This document shows positions 1-10,853 of a stretch of DNA of 64,000 nucleotides, piece after piece. Below the pieces are notes generated by a model. The model saw only the letters and a list, made by a program, of their open reading frames with translations, was not told the DNA's origin and searched no databases. The DNA lies in the NCBI GenBank assembly GCA_963812605.1, contig CAWEWF010000006.1, positions 224,001 to 288,000 of the forward strand, read 5' to 3'. Each line of letters begins with the position of its first letter. Within the stretch, counting starts at the first letter, position 1. Made by a program: the position numbers and the translations under genes. This DNA comes from an uncultured Verrucomicrobiae bacterium. Its GTDB lineage: Bacteria > Verrucomicrobiota > Verrucomicrobiia > Palsa-1439.

Positions 1-264
1 AACGATTACGGCGAAGGAACAATGATCGAGCCGACCCATGAGTTTGGTTACACCTTCCTGGAGATTATCCAGCAAGCCCGCCGCAAAGAGTTGGGTCCGG
101 TTTTCACCTTCACCGCCGAAGACCTGCGGCTGCCCGCCCGCCTCTACGCGCTCCGCAAGAAAGGAAGCGTCCCGGCCGCGCAATTGGATCGGATCTCTCA
201 ACTATTGAACCAGGGAGCATGTTCCGAAGCCCGCAAGCTGCTCGACGCCCGGGAAAAGACCTAG
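1..264 (+). CDS. C-terminal part of a probable GH71/GH99-like glycoside hydrolase (truncated by window edge)
   Basis: Frame is open from base 1: NDYGEGTMIEPTHEFGY resembles the (W)NDxxEGTxIEP motif of GH71/99-like proteins. Confidence 0.5.
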   Translation, partial: NDYGEGTMIEPTHEFGYTFLEIIQQARRKELGPVFTFTAEDLRLPARLYALRKKGSVPAAQLDRISQLLNQGACSEARKLLDAREKT

Positions 265-310
265 CTCTTGGCTCAACGGTTAACCCGACCTCTGCTCTCC
301 AACCGGAGTT

Positions 311-1216
311 TCATTGACTGGTCTGATTGCGCTGCGTTCCAGCGCCTGCCACCGAACCATTTTCTTCGCGGCGGAGTTGCTCGAAACCGAAATCGAAAAG
401 CGCTGTGGCATCCGTCCATTTGTCCGCGCTATGCAACAGGATCAGATACAGTTCGTGGCCGTCACGGGTGGCGGACGCGGCAAAGGTGTGTCGGGAGCGG
501 TTTGTCCAGCCCGTCTTGGCCGGCCCCATGCCGGGATACACACCCAGCAGCTTGTTGTGGTTCTTCAGTGTTTGCAGACCGGCCGCCGTCTTCAGCGTGA
601 GGCTGGGCGTGCAACAAATTTCGCGCAGGTCCAGCACCGCCATTGCCGCGCGAAATATTCGCAACAAATCATCGGCGGTCGTCACCTGGCCGGGCGCGGG
701 CAGACCGTTCGGGTTTTTGAACAAGCTGTTGGCGCACCCCAATTCGCGGGCGCGGGTGTTCATCAGCGCCACAAACTTCTCCACCGACCCGCCCGTGTGC
801 CGCGCCAGCGCTAGGGTGGAATCATTGTCCGAGCCGATGAGCAGGGATTGCACCAGGGTTTTGACCGGGACAGTCTCCCCGGTTCGCAAAGGAATCCGGC
901 TGGGTTTGACGAGCGTGTCTGCCTGCTCGATGACAACTTCGCCTTCGAGGTGCGTCCGCTCGTACACCAGCAGCGCGGTCAGCAGTTTGAGAGTGCTCGC
1001 CGGTGGGAAGGCTTTGACGGGATTCCGGCTGAAGAGAACTTTACCGCTCGCGGCCTCGACCAGAAGCGCGCTGCGAGCCCGCACTTTTGGATTGGGTGCC
1101 GCCGGGGCATTGGTTCGGGCCGCTGCCCCAGCCAGCGGCAATTGCAGGAACAGCAGCGCACCGACAACAAAACGGCGCAGGTGACACGTGCCATCCTCGG
1201 GAGCAACTCCGTTCAA
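311..1216 (-). CDS. D-alanyl-D-alanine carboxypeptidase (peptidase S11)
   Basis: SxxK (PASTLK), SxN (SDN) and KTG motifs, NPNGL, signal-peptide-like N-terminus. Confidence 0.9.
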   Translation of the reverse strand: MNGVAPEDGTCHLRRFVVGALLFLQLPLAGAAARTNAPAAPNPKVRARSALLVEAASGKVLFSRNPVKAFPPASTLKLLTALLVYERTHLEGEVVIEQADTLVKPSRIPLRTGETVPVKTLVQSLLIGSDNDSTLALARHTGGSVEKFVALMNTRARELGCANSLFKNPNGLPAPGQVTTADDLLRIFRAAMAVLDLREICCTPSLTLKTAAGLQTLKNHNKLLGVYPGMGPAKTGWTNRSRHTFAASATRDGHELYLILLHSADKWTDATALFDFGFEQLRREENGSVAGAGTQRNQTSQ

Positions 1217-1354
1217 ACACGCACCCCCGTGAACGCGACCGCGCAGTGAACTTTCGCCAGCATGACGGCAAGTAATAGTCGAATGCGCCCCGCAAGTCGA
1301 ACGAGTTTTCGGCGATCAGTCCCGGCAGCGTCCATCTTGGCATTATTACCGGAT

Positions 1355-1413
1355 TGTAGCCGCGAATCGCATTCGCGGCCTCCTCCCCGCCGCGAAAAGG
1401 TTTCGCGGCTACA
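1355..1413. repeat. REP-like inverted doublet (TGTAGCCGCGAA...TTCGCGGCTACA)
   Basis: Two inverted GTAG-footed hairpins; single copies of the same family at 23926-23950 and 26632-26656. Confidence 0.8.
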
Positions 1414-1461
1414 AAAGGGCCTGACTCATTGGCGGCAGCAAGATGCACCGCTCCTCGAAAC

Positions 1462-2925
1462 CTACGGCGTAATGTCAAACCGATAGAACCCTTGCGGCTG
1501 CAACGCCCCGCCGAAATTGGTCAACGTCAGCAGAGCCCCAATGCTGTTGGTGACCGATGCGCCAAGGACATTCGACCAAGCACCGGATGTCAGGTCAGTC
1601 GTGAACTGCAATTGATAGGTCTCGTAGGCTACGGACGGGATGTTGACGGCTATATCGTTACCTGCAATTTGGACTGCTGAAATCTGATTGGCGAGAGGGG
1701 AGAGGGGAACTGTCAGTTTGAACACCGTGCCGTTGTCGTTCGCCCCGCCATAGAAGGCCGTGCCGTAGAAATTGCCGTCGCTGCCCTGTACCAGCGCGGC
1801 ATCTGGATTGTTGCCATCGGTGGGGGACGTGCCAAACGAGTAAAGATTCGTGTAGTCGCCGCTGGGGCTGATCCTAAACACGGTGCCACAATTGCAATTG
1901 GTGCTCGTCCCGCCGTAGAAGGCCGTGCCGTAGAAAAAGCCGTCGCTGCCCTGCACCAGCCCATTTGGAGGGGAACCGACAAAGGAGTAAAGATTTGTGT
2001 AGCTGCCGCTCGGACTGATCCGAAACACCGTGCCGTAGTTGTTCGTCCCGCCTCGAATGGTCGTCCCGTAGAAATTGCCGTCACTGCCTTGCACCAGCCC
2101 GGTAGATGGACGCACTCCATCGCTGAGGTGGCTGCCAAACGAGTAAAGATTCGTCTTCGTGCCGCTGGGACTGATCCGAAACACGGTGCCGCAATTGCAA
2201 AAGTTCGTCCGCCGTCTCGGTCCCGCCGTCTCGTCGGTCGTCCCGTAGAAATTGCCGTCGCTGCCCTGCACCAGCCCATTTGGAATGGACCCATCAGTGG
2301 GAAAGCCGCCAAAAGAGTAAAGATTTGTGTAGCTGCCGCTCGGACTGATCCGAAACACCGCGCCGTAGTTGTTCGTCCCGCCTCGAATGGTCGTCCCGTA
2401 GAAATTGCCGTCACTGCCCTGCACCAGCCCATTTGGAATGGACCCATCAGTGGGAAAGCCGCCAAAGGAGTAAAGATTTGTGTAGCTGCCGCTCGGACTG
2501 ATCCGAAACACCGTGCCGCACCCGCCGTTGCAATTGGTGCTCGTCCCGCCTCCATGGGCCGTCCCGTAGAAATTGCCGTCGCTGCCTTGCACCAGCCCGG
2601 CCATTGGAATGGTCCCATCGGTGGGGGAAACGACAAAGGAGGAAAGATTCGTGTAGGTGCCGCTGGGACTGATCCGAAACACGGTGCCGCAACTGCAATT
2701 GGTGCTCGCTGCATAGGCCATCCCGTAGAAATTGCCATCGCTGCCCTGCACCAGCCCAACAAATGGATAGCGTCCATCGTTTGGGGAGCCGACAAAGGAG
2801 TACAGATTCGTCTCCGTCTGGGCGTTGGCGTTGAACGTTCGACTAGCCAAGACCAACAGAATAACTCCGATGATCAAACGGAGACTCTTCTCGGTCGCCA
2901 GCCTGACATTGCTCGGTTTCTTCAT
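1462..2925 (-). CDS. Secreted GloVer-type tandem-repeat protein (probable 7-bladed beta-propeller)
   Basis: Signal peptide, seven LVQGSDG-containing repeats (mostly ...NFYG...GTVFRISPSG...TNLYSF), C-terminal ...FYRFDITP domain. Confidence 0.85.
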   Translation of the reverse strand: MKKPSNVRLATEKSLRLIIGVILLVLASRTFNANAQTETNLYSFVGSPNDGRYPFVGLVQGSDGNFYGMAYAASTNCSCGTVFRISPSGTYTNLSSFVVSPTDGTIPMAGLVQGSDGNFYGTAHGGGTSTNCNGGCGTVFRISPSGSYTNLYSFGGFPTDGSIPNGLVQGSDGNFYGTTIRGGTNNYGAVFRISPSGSYTNLYSFGGFPTDGSIPNGLVQGSDGNFYGTTDETAGPRRRTNFCNCGTVFRISPSGTKTNLYSFGSHLSDGVRPSTGLVQGSDGNFYGTTIRGGTNNYGTVFRISPSGSYTNLYSFVGSPPNGLVQGSDGFFYGTAFYGGTSTNCNCGTVFRISPSGDYTNLYSFGTSPTDGNNPDAALVQGSDGNFYGTAFYGGANDNGTVFKLTVPLSPLANQISAVQIAGNDIAVNIPSVAYETYQLQFTTDLTSGAWSNVLGASVTNSIGALLTLTNFGGALQPQGFYRFDITP

Positions 2926-3037
2926 ACCCGATGCTTCTCTCCAGCCCTTGCCTCACCCGCTCTTGCGGAGAAATCTAGCATCGCGGCAATGGTAAGTCGA
3001 GCCTTTCCAGCCGCCGACCAGGCAACAGTGATCTACT

Positions 3038-4803
3038 TCACAATCTCGGTGGCGCGGGCTTAAGGGGCGCATCCCACGCCTGCGCGCCTTGCGCTTTTAA
3101 CTTACGCTTATAAACCTTGTCGCCACACGTGGCGAACAAGGTGTCGAAACCTTCTCCACCGAAGCAGAGGTTGGATATCCGGCCATTCGGAGTGGGAATG
3201 ATGCATTGGACCGGCCGGCCTGGTCGCAAACCTGGATGCCCATTCGCGTGGCCACGTAAAGCCGGCCCTCGCGGTCAACCCGCATGCCGTCGGCTCCGCT
3301 GTCGTCAGCGCTGTCCGGCTCATGCAGCCAATAGAAGCGTTGCTTGTCGGCCAGCGTGCCGTCCTTTTGGATCTGGTAACTGTAAACCCAATGCGAGCGG
3401 TAGTCGCCGACGTAAAGCAACGTTTGATCCGGCGACAGCGCAATGCCGTCGCGAAACGCAGCCCCGTGTCCACCACATGTTTCTCGCCTCCCGCCTTGAT
3501 CAACCAGACATTGCTCGGCGCGTCAATGTTGTCGGGAGGCGGTTCCGTCACGTAGATGTCGCCAGCATGCGTCACCACCAGATCATCGCCGCGAATGCCC
3601 GTGGCAATAATCGCCGCTTCCCCGACAGCATCGTACGCAATAATTTTTTCGTACGTACCGGCGACCGCATAGAGACGCCCGTCCGGCCCAAAGGCCTGGC
3701 CGGCGCCTTTCCGGGAATCGAACAGGAACTCGCTCACCTTGCCGTCGAGGCCAATCTGGTAGGTCTTGCTGGCGGAAGTGTCGTTGAAGAAAACTTCGCC
3801 CTTCGCGTTGGCGGCCGGACCGTCGGCGGAAACGCAACTTTGCGTTACTAACTGCCAGCCTTCACCGGGAATAAGCAGCGCGGCGAGCGTGGCATTTTTC
3901 GTCTCACCAGTTTTAACCGGTTGCGGCCAGTCGTGCCACAAGCCAACGCATTGCGTCGGGGAAAATGGCTGTGCCCTGCTTGCCGGGATGCCCGCCATCC
4001 CCCCACGCATGGTTGACCTCGTAGCCGGCAAAAACCAGCGCCCGCTCCATGGTCTGGTTGGCCATCCACCAGTCGCCGCCGTAAATGTTCAGGTCACCCG
4101 ACCCATCCTGCAAAAAGACGCGGAGCGGTTTGGGCTCGAACTTGCGGATGAGCGTCGGGTAAATCTCGCCGCCGCGCAGTCCCACATACGTGCCGACGGT
4201 GGTGAAGACGCGGCTGAAAGCGTCCGGCCGTTCCCACGCCACCGTAAACGCCGCAATACCCCCGCTGCTCTCGCCGGCAATGGCGCGGTCGTTGGCGGAC
4301 TTCGACAATTTGATCGAACGCCCGTCGCTGGTGGTCTTTTCTTCCACCGCGGGCAACAACTCATCGAGAAGAAAATTGGCGTAACTGTCGCCAAGCCCGT
4401 CGAATTCGTAGCTCCGATTGAAACGGTCCAGCGCGTTGGTGGAATCATTTGCCGGCAGTCGGCCCGGTGCCACGAAGACACCGATGGTCACGGGCATCTC
4501 GCCCTTCGCAATAAGATTGTCGAACACAACGGGCGCGTTCCACCGCACCCCGTCCTGGTTCACGAACAGGCAGGCGGGTTTCGTGGGATCGTATTGCTTC
4601 GGCACGTAAACCTTCACCGCGCGCGTGGTGCCCGGAAAAATCTTCGAGTTCGCGAAGGTAAACTCCAGCACCTCGCCCTGCGGCACGTTGGTTTGAACGA
4701 CGGAATCAGGTCCCGGCTGGTAATCGTCCGCCGCGCGGACAGAGGTGGCTTCAGAAAGAAAACATGCAATAAAGAACAGGGCCAGTCGGCTCAGGGAATT
4801 CAT
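3038..4803 (-). CDS. Esterase + SMP-30/gluconolactonase fusion protein (several frameshifts)
   Basis: GESSGG nucleophile elbow in 3913-4803; ADGMRVDREGRLYVATRMGIQV gluconolactonase motif; pieces 3108-4031, 3097-3420 and 3038-3229 join by frameshifts. Confidence 0.8.
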
Positions 4804-4906
4804 GGCTTCGAATCCTGTTCAATACCCGCCGCTCGTTCAAGCCATTTTTGGGCCGCTTACCTACGGCGCCAATCGTACGCCGTCGCTAGCGGGTGCGTGT
4901 TGCCAT

Positions 4907-5910
4907 TCAAAATTTCTGGGTGTGCAGCCAGGCCATGGCCTGACCGGACCAGGCATCGGTAACGCCGAAACCGTGTTTGCCGATGGGCTCCCGCAGGTAA
5001 ACAAATGGGACGTTATTTTTGATAAGGGCGGCAACGTATTGATCGGAATTGGCGACCGGAACGGTGGTGTCGCCGGTGGAATGAACGATAAAAGCCGGTG
5101 GCGTATCCTTGCTCACCTGCTTTTCGTTGCTGAGAAGCTCGATCATTTCCGGGGTGGGATTGTCGCCAAGGAGCCAGGCCCGGGAGTTCGTATGAACATT
5201 CGATCCATCCTCGAGCGTCACGACGGGATACAGCAGGACATGGAGGTCGGGACGAGAACTCACCCGTTCGATCGGGTCGCTGGACGCAGGATCGCCGGCA
5301 TCAAAGTGCGTGGCGGCAGTGCTCGCCAGGTGTCCACCGGCGGAAAAGCCGATGATGCCAATGCGCTGGGGATCCAGGCCCCACGCGGGGGCATTCGCGC
5401 GGACATAACGAATCGCGCGCTGGGCATCGTCCATTTCGGCCGGGTGGTGGTATTTCTTCCCTAGCCGGGACTTGAGAATGAAGCTGGTAATGCCGTTGGA
5501 CGCGAGCCATTGGGCCGTTGGAAGACCCTCGCGCGGGGAAAGATGCGAATAGGCGCCACCGGGCATGATAATCATCGCGGCGCCGCTGGCTTTGCCCGTC
5601 GGGGGAAGAAAAACAGTGAGGGTGGGAATATCGATGGCAGGATTATCGCCTTGCTGGAGCGGCGCCTCGGCGGGCCAAAGCCGGAGGATTTGCAAATCTT
5701 CCAGCTTCGCGGGGGGATTCGTCAGGATTACGGGATCTCTTCCATCAACCAGAAAAAACAGGGACGCCCATTGATCTGTTTGGGTGTGAGTGAAACCAGC
5801 GCGAAGGGAGCATTCGTAGTCGCCGGCGCGTCAGCTGCCAACGACGCGACCCGAGTTTGGACGGCCAGAAGGATAAACGGCAGTGCGAGTAAACGTGCGC
5901 ATATGATAAA
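4907..5910 (-). CDS. Alpha/beta hydrolase, BD-FAE / xylan-esterase-like (5' end frameshifted, start approximate)
   Basis: PGGAY oxyanion motif, GFSAGGHL, D..V..HGFG; signal-peptide-like sequence (RLLALPFILLAV) lies in another frame upstream of 5750. Confidence 0.8.
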
Positions 5911-5919
5911 AATGTTCTG

Positions 5920-7299
5920 TCAGGGTGCGTCGCGAGTCGGCATGTTTCCACCGGTTCTTCCGACGGTGTTCGACCCTGTCGCCGGCACGACCGGTGGGCC
6001 AGCCGCGGTGGGCGGAATGGCAACCCCGCCTTCCAGTCCTTGGCCGCTAACATTATTGGTTCCCAGCAGCGGACCACTGAAACCCGTGACCTGGATATTC
6101 CGGAGTTCAGCGCCGGTGATATTGGCGAGGGTTATGCCCTTCGTGCAGGTGCCGGTGATGTCAGCCAGCAAGAGCCCATTGAGCGGCTTCACCGGGGAGA
6201 TCGCCACGGCGTTCACCAGCGTTCCGCAATTCACCCGGACATTGGTGAAACGAAAATTCTTCGCGGTGGGAATGCCCACATCGCCCATAACCGGCTCGGC
6301 GTCCTGCAAGCCGCTGTTGAGAAGGTTGATGCGCAGGAAGCCGTTCGTCCCAGTTTGAATGTCCAGGTCATTTCCGGAAATATCTTCGATAAACGCGCCG
6401 CGGCCGGGCCGGCTCTTGATGTAGATCGCGTAGGTCCTGGCCTGCTTGAAGGTACAGTGCTCGATATGCACGCCGCGAATGCCACCGGAGGTTTCACTGC
6501 CGACGCCGATACACGCAAAAATGTTGTCGGAGAAGGTGCAATCGCGAATGACCACGTCCTCGGTGGGACGCCCTTCGCGGACGGCTTCCATGCCGCGACC
6601 GGATTTGATCGCGATGCAGTCGTCGCCGGACTCGATGTCGCAGCCGTCAATGACGACATGTTTGCAAGAGTCAACGTCCACCCCGTCGCTGTTGCCGCCG
6701 ATGCTGCGAATGGTGACGTTTTTCACCACCACGTTTTCACAGTAGGTCGGATGAATCGTCCACATGCGCTTCTGTTTTGCGGTGAAACCTTCCAGGCGAA
6801 CATCCTGGCATTCGATCGGCTCGATGACGCATGGGCGTCGTGGCATCTGCCGGCCACCGATGGTCAGGTCGCCGGCAATCGTGCCCGGGCCAACGACGGC
6901 GATATGGTTCGCCTGACGCGCGGAAACCAGCGCGCGATGCACATCAATCCAGCGGCCTTCCCAGCGGCCCTTCACAATTGGATAATCGTCGAGATCGGCG
7001 CTGCCGAGCAGCGTCGCGTCCTTTTCAATGCGGAGTGTCGTGCGGGATTTCACATCGAGGCTGCCGGTAAGATAATCGCCGGCGGGCACGACCACGGTGC
7101 CTCCACCCGCCGCGGCGCAACGGTCAAGCGCGGCCTGGATTGCAGCCGTGTCCTTGGTCTTCCCATCGCCCACCGCCCCCGACTCGCGGACATTGAATAG
7201 CGCTTTGGACTGGTTGCTGGAACCAACGCATCCAGACAAGACAACGAACAAGAGCAGCGGAATCAGGCAGAATGGTTTGAGTGCCATTGGATTTTTCAT
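5920..7299 (-). CDS. Glycoside hydrolase family 28 (polygalacturonase-like), probable lipoprotein
   Basis: GAVGDGKTKDTAAIQAA, NSDG, GDDCIAIKSG, YIKS motifs; LSGC lipobox. Confidence 0.9.
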   Translation of the reverse strand: MKNPMALKPFCLIPLLLFVVLSGCVGSSNQSKALFNVRESGAVGDGKTKDTAAIQAALDRCAAAGGGTVVVPAGDYLTGSLDVKSRTTLRIEKDATLLGSADLDDYPIVKGRWEGRWIDVHRALVSARQANHIAVVGPGTIAGDLTIGGRQMPRRPCVIEPIECQDVRLEGFTAKQKRMWTIHPTYCENVVVKNVTIRSIGGNSDGVDVDSCKHVVIDGCDIESGDDCIAIKSGRGMEAVREGRPTEDVVIRDCTFSDNIFACIGVGSETSGGIRGVHIEHCTFKQARTYAIYIKSRPGRGAFIEDISGNDLDIQTGTNGFLRINLLNSGLQDAEPVMGDVGIPTAKNFRFTNVRVNCGTLVNAVAISPVKPLNGLLLADITGTCTKGITLANITGAELRNIQVTGFSGPLLGTNNVSGQGLEGGVAIPPTAAGPPVVPATGSNTVGRTGGNMPTRDAP

Positions 7300-7303
7300 C
7301 GAC

Positions 7304-8766
7304 TTATTTTGCCTCAGGTTGTTCTGTCGCCTTGGAAGCCGCGTCCGATGGAAATTGGTCGAATCGCCTTTCGACTTCCTTGCCGCGTAGTTGTTTGTCG
7401 GCAAAGTCCAGCATCGCCTTCAAATCTTCTGGAGTGAACGCATGGCCGTGATTCGCGTAGTTTACGCCGAGACGGTCCGTGGCGTCGAACAGCGCGTAAG
7501 CGGGGCGCGCGCCCAGCCAGGACTGCTTGACCGCGTTCTCCAGGGACACCTGGTCGGTCAAGCCTTCGAGGGCGATGAATGGCCGCGGGGCGACGAGCGC
7601 GAGAAACCAGTGCTCGTCAAACGGCAACTGGTCTACGTGCCCCCAAAATTCGTGAAGGTGCGGCGAAAACCAGTTCGGATACTTCTTCATCATGTCGGCC
7701 AGGCCCTCTTTGCCGCCACGTCCCGCGCCGCTAAAACGGTAGGCGCCAATGCCGCCACCACCGGTTACGCATGGCGCCGCCATGGCCAGTCGGTCATCAA
7801 AAGCCGCGGCAATCATCGCCGATTTACCCGTGCGCGACACACCCGAGACAATCAGCTTGGTCTTGTCCACCAGCGGGTCGGTTTCGAGATAATCCACAAT
7901 GCGGGACACACCCCACGCCCATCCCGCGAGCACTCCCCAGTCATGCCCGGGATACGCGGGATAAAATCGCGTCGTACGAAAAGCCCAGGCACCGTCTTCA
8001 TTGCGCAACGTCGTGTCCTCGGCGCAATCATTGTTGTTGAACACAACGTAGGCATAACCGCGGCGAAACAATTCGCGGTTCCGCCCGGCCACCGCTTCAG
8101 GATCTGCGTTATCCAATCGACCGCGACGCCCGGCGGCGGATTGGTGGAATTCACGGAACTGGCTGCCTCGTTGGTGGATGGCGTGATTGGCACGACCGGC
8201 AACAAGGCGTCAACACCTTTGCCCTGCCCCGGCGGGTGTGCCAATGTCGGCAGGGGCGTGGCTCCGGGGGGTGTTCCGCCCGGCATGATCACCGCCGGGA
8301 ATGGCCCCGGACCGTCCGTGGGTGTGAAGATGCCGATGTCCAACTCCAGTTTCCCTTTTGGCCCGAAGGTGAGGTGAACCAGCCGATATTTCACTTTCCC
8401 ATCCAGCACCAACTGCGATTTGATCTCCTCCCCCTTCACGTTTCCCGGCGGAGGCGGCATCTGGCCAATAGCGTAATACTCAAGGATTCGTTTAATCTCT
8501 TCGCGGCGGTTTTTCCACTGCTTGACCGTCGTGACCTTTTGCCCGCTGTTCATCGTCAGCGCGTCAGGCAAGTCAGCGTGAACCGGCAAATCCTTCACGC
8601 CCGGCAACACGCCCACCCTGGTATTGATCGGGGGCAGCGGAATTTCTCGCGGGTCCGGTCCACTGCTGGAGTTGGTCGATTGGCCTTCGGCCGGGCCCGG
8701 CCAAAGTCCAACCATCACGAAAAACATTACCCCAAGAAGCGCCGCGGAGCGAACTTTCGGGAGCAT
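7304..8766 (-). CDS. CE15 glucuronoyl-esterase-like protein (frameshift near 8115)
   Basis: AWGVSRIVDYL, GVSRTGK and LPFDEHWFLALVAPR motifs; N-terminal half in ORF 7852-8766. Confidence 0.8.
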
Positions 8767-8842
8767 GGCTGCAACTAATAGACTATTGACTCACGGAAGT
8801 CGATTGGGTTTTTGTTGCCCGAGATGAGCGGATTCTGCGGAT

Positions 8843-8886
8843 AAAAATAAGAAGACCAACCGTGAAACGAAACGGTTGGCCTTCTT
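8843..8886 (-). terminator. Intrinsic terminator hairpin
   Basis: Minus strand GGCCAACCGT...ACGGTTGGTC followed by TTCTTATTTTT. Confidence 0.65.
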
Positions 8887-9089
8887 GCTCCAGGTCTGAG
8901 TCAGATCACTATGCCGTGCTGGCTGACGATGAACAATCCGAAGATGCTTAATGACTCGCCAGTCTCTTCTCGCTTCTCCAGTTGGGAGTAAATCAAAAGA
9001 CGGGCTGAAAGTCCAGCAAATTCGGGCCGCAGAGGCCGATCTTTTGCAGGATTGACCGGTGAAACCCGCGCCGCCATGCTACGCGCATC

Positions 9090-10442
9090 TTGAGCTCGCC
9101 TGCAAAATCCGTGCGTCCCCTCTGCGGGCCGAAAGCCTCGTGGCTGACGGGAAACCTGACAGACTTCGGGAAGGACCCGCTCGGTTTCCTGGAGAAATGC
9201 GCGTTGGATTATGGCGATTTTGTCCCGATGCGGTTCCTCCACCAGCGAATCTATCTGCTGAACGATCCGGCGGACATCGAAGACGTGCTGACGACCCAGG
9301 CCCGCAACTTCCGGAAAACCCTCGGGTACCGCACTCCCGTGATGCGGCGGGTTTTTGGGGCGGGCCTCGTGACGAGCGAAGGGGAACACTGGGTCCGCCA
9401 GCGGCGGCTCGCGCAGCCGGCTTTTCATCGGGACCGCATCGCCCTGTATGCAAAGAGCATCGTCGGGTTCACCGAGGAAATGATCGCCAACTGGAACGAC
9501 GGTGAAACCCGTGACATCCACCACGAAATGATGCAAATGACCGTCCGCGTGGTCACCAAGACACTTTTCAATTCCGCGGTGTCCCCGGAACTCAATGAAG
9601 TGATCGCGAGTTCGAGTGTGGTCATGGAACGCTTCACCACGCAATGGAAATGGTATCGGGCGGTCTTTGGCCTGCTGCCCTCAGTGATGTCGTGGCGTTT
9701 TTCGCGGGGGATGCGCCGGCTCGACAATTTCATTTACGGCCTCATCCGCGAACGCCGCGCCAGCGGTGAGGATGCGGGCGATCTGTTGTCGATGCTGTTG
9801 CAGGCCCGCTACGAGGACGGCAGCGGCATGAGCGATGAACAATTACGCGATGAATTGACCACCCTCATGGTCGCCGGGATGGACACGACGGCGTTGGCCT
9901 TGTCATGGGCGTTCTATTTGTTGTCGCAGAACCCCGGGTCCGTGCCGCCGCTCTACGAGGAACTCAAACGCGTGCTCGGTGGCCGCGCCCCCGGCTTTGC
10001 CGACCTGCCGCAGTTGAGCTACACGGAGATGGTGGTGAAAGAGACGATGCGCTTGTATCCCTCGGTCTGGATCATCGGCCGCGAAGCGCTCCAGGACTGT
10101 AAGATTGGCGGCCAGAGCATCAAGGCGGGCGAATCACTGTTCATGAGCCAGTGGCTGAAACATCGCGACCCGCGTTATTTCAAGGAGGCTGCGAGGTTTC
10201 TGCCAGAGCGTTGGCGCGCGGAAGAAATCAAGCAACTGCCAAAGTACGCCTACTTTCCTTTTGGCGGCGGCCCCCGGGTCTGCATCGGCAATTCATTTGC
10301 CATGATGGAAGCCGTCCTCGCTCTTGCCACCGTTTCGCAAAAGTTCCAGTTGACCGCCGCGCCCGGCTACCACGTCGCCCCCTGGCCCGCCATCACTCTG
10401 TACCCCAAGGGTGGAATCCTCTTAAAAACTGTCAGTAGATAA
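9090..10442 (+). CDS. Cytochrome P450
   Basis: AGMDTT I-helix, ETMR (ExxR), PERW, FGGGPRVCIG heme-binding motif. Confidence 0.95.
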   Translation: MSSPAKSVRPLCGPKASWLTGNLTDFGKDPLGFLEKCALDYGDFVPMRFLHQRIYLLNDPADIEDVLTTQARNFRKTLGYRTPVMRRVFGAGLVTSEGEHWVRQRRLAQPAFHRDRIALYAKSIVGFTEEMIANWNDGETRDIHHEMMQMTVRVVTKTLFNSAVSPELNEVIASSSVVMERFTTQWKWYRAVFGLLPSVMSWRFSRGMRRLDNFIYGLIRERRASGEDAGDLLSMLLQARYEDGSGMSDEQLRDELTTLMVAGMDTTALALSWAFYLLSQNPGSVPPLYEELKRVLGGRAPGFADLPQLSYTEMVVKETMRLYPSVWIIGREALQDCKIGGQSIKAGESLFMSQWLKHRDPRYFKEAARFLPERWRAEEIKQLPKYAYFPFGGGPRVCIGNSFAMMEAVLALATVSQKFQLTAAPGYHVAPWPAITLYPKGGILLKTVSR

Positions 10443-10851
10443 ATGGTTCGCTTAGGTCGAAGGCGTTTTGGATGAGGCGGATATCGTCAGGTCTTTTCGA
10501 TCCGTCGGCAATGAGCACTTCGACGATGTCGAAGCGAAAGTGGATCCGCGGGTTGCCAAGCAGGCGCAGGTAATCGAGCGCGGCCTTGCTCAGGTTGCGT
10601 TGCTTGTCGCGGTCGACTGCTTCGCTCGGCGCGCCGAACTGCTCGGTTTCGCGGGTTTTGACTTCAACGAACACGAGCCAGTCCTTGTCCCGGGCAACGA
10701 GATCGACCTCGGCTTTGCCGCTGCGAAAATTCCTCAGGAGAATCTTGTAGCCGCGACGGCGAAGGTATCTTGCGGCGGCCTTTTCGCCGCGCGCGCCAAG
10801 GATCTGGCGGGGCGTGAGATTACTCGCTTTTTTGAACCAGTCGAGAAACAT
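10432..10851 (-). CDS. yraN: YraN family protein
   Basis: GARGEKAA, EVDLV, FVEVKTR, RFDIV; next to rnhB. Confidence 0.9.
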   Translation of the reverse strand: MFLDWFKKASNLTPRQILGARGEKAAARYLRRRGYKILLRNFRSGKAEVDLVARDKDWLVFVEVKTRETEQFGAPSEAVDRDKQRNLSKAALDYLRLLGNPRIHFRFDIVEVLIADGSKRPDDIRLIQNAFDLSEPFIY

Positions 10852-10853
10852 GG

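Noticed and set aside
5750-5922. Selenocysteine or readthrough at the GH28 TGA, since the frame stays open afterwards
   Set aside because: The downstream text is a signal peptide of the next gene; no SECIS-like hairpin or Cys-homolog context is evident
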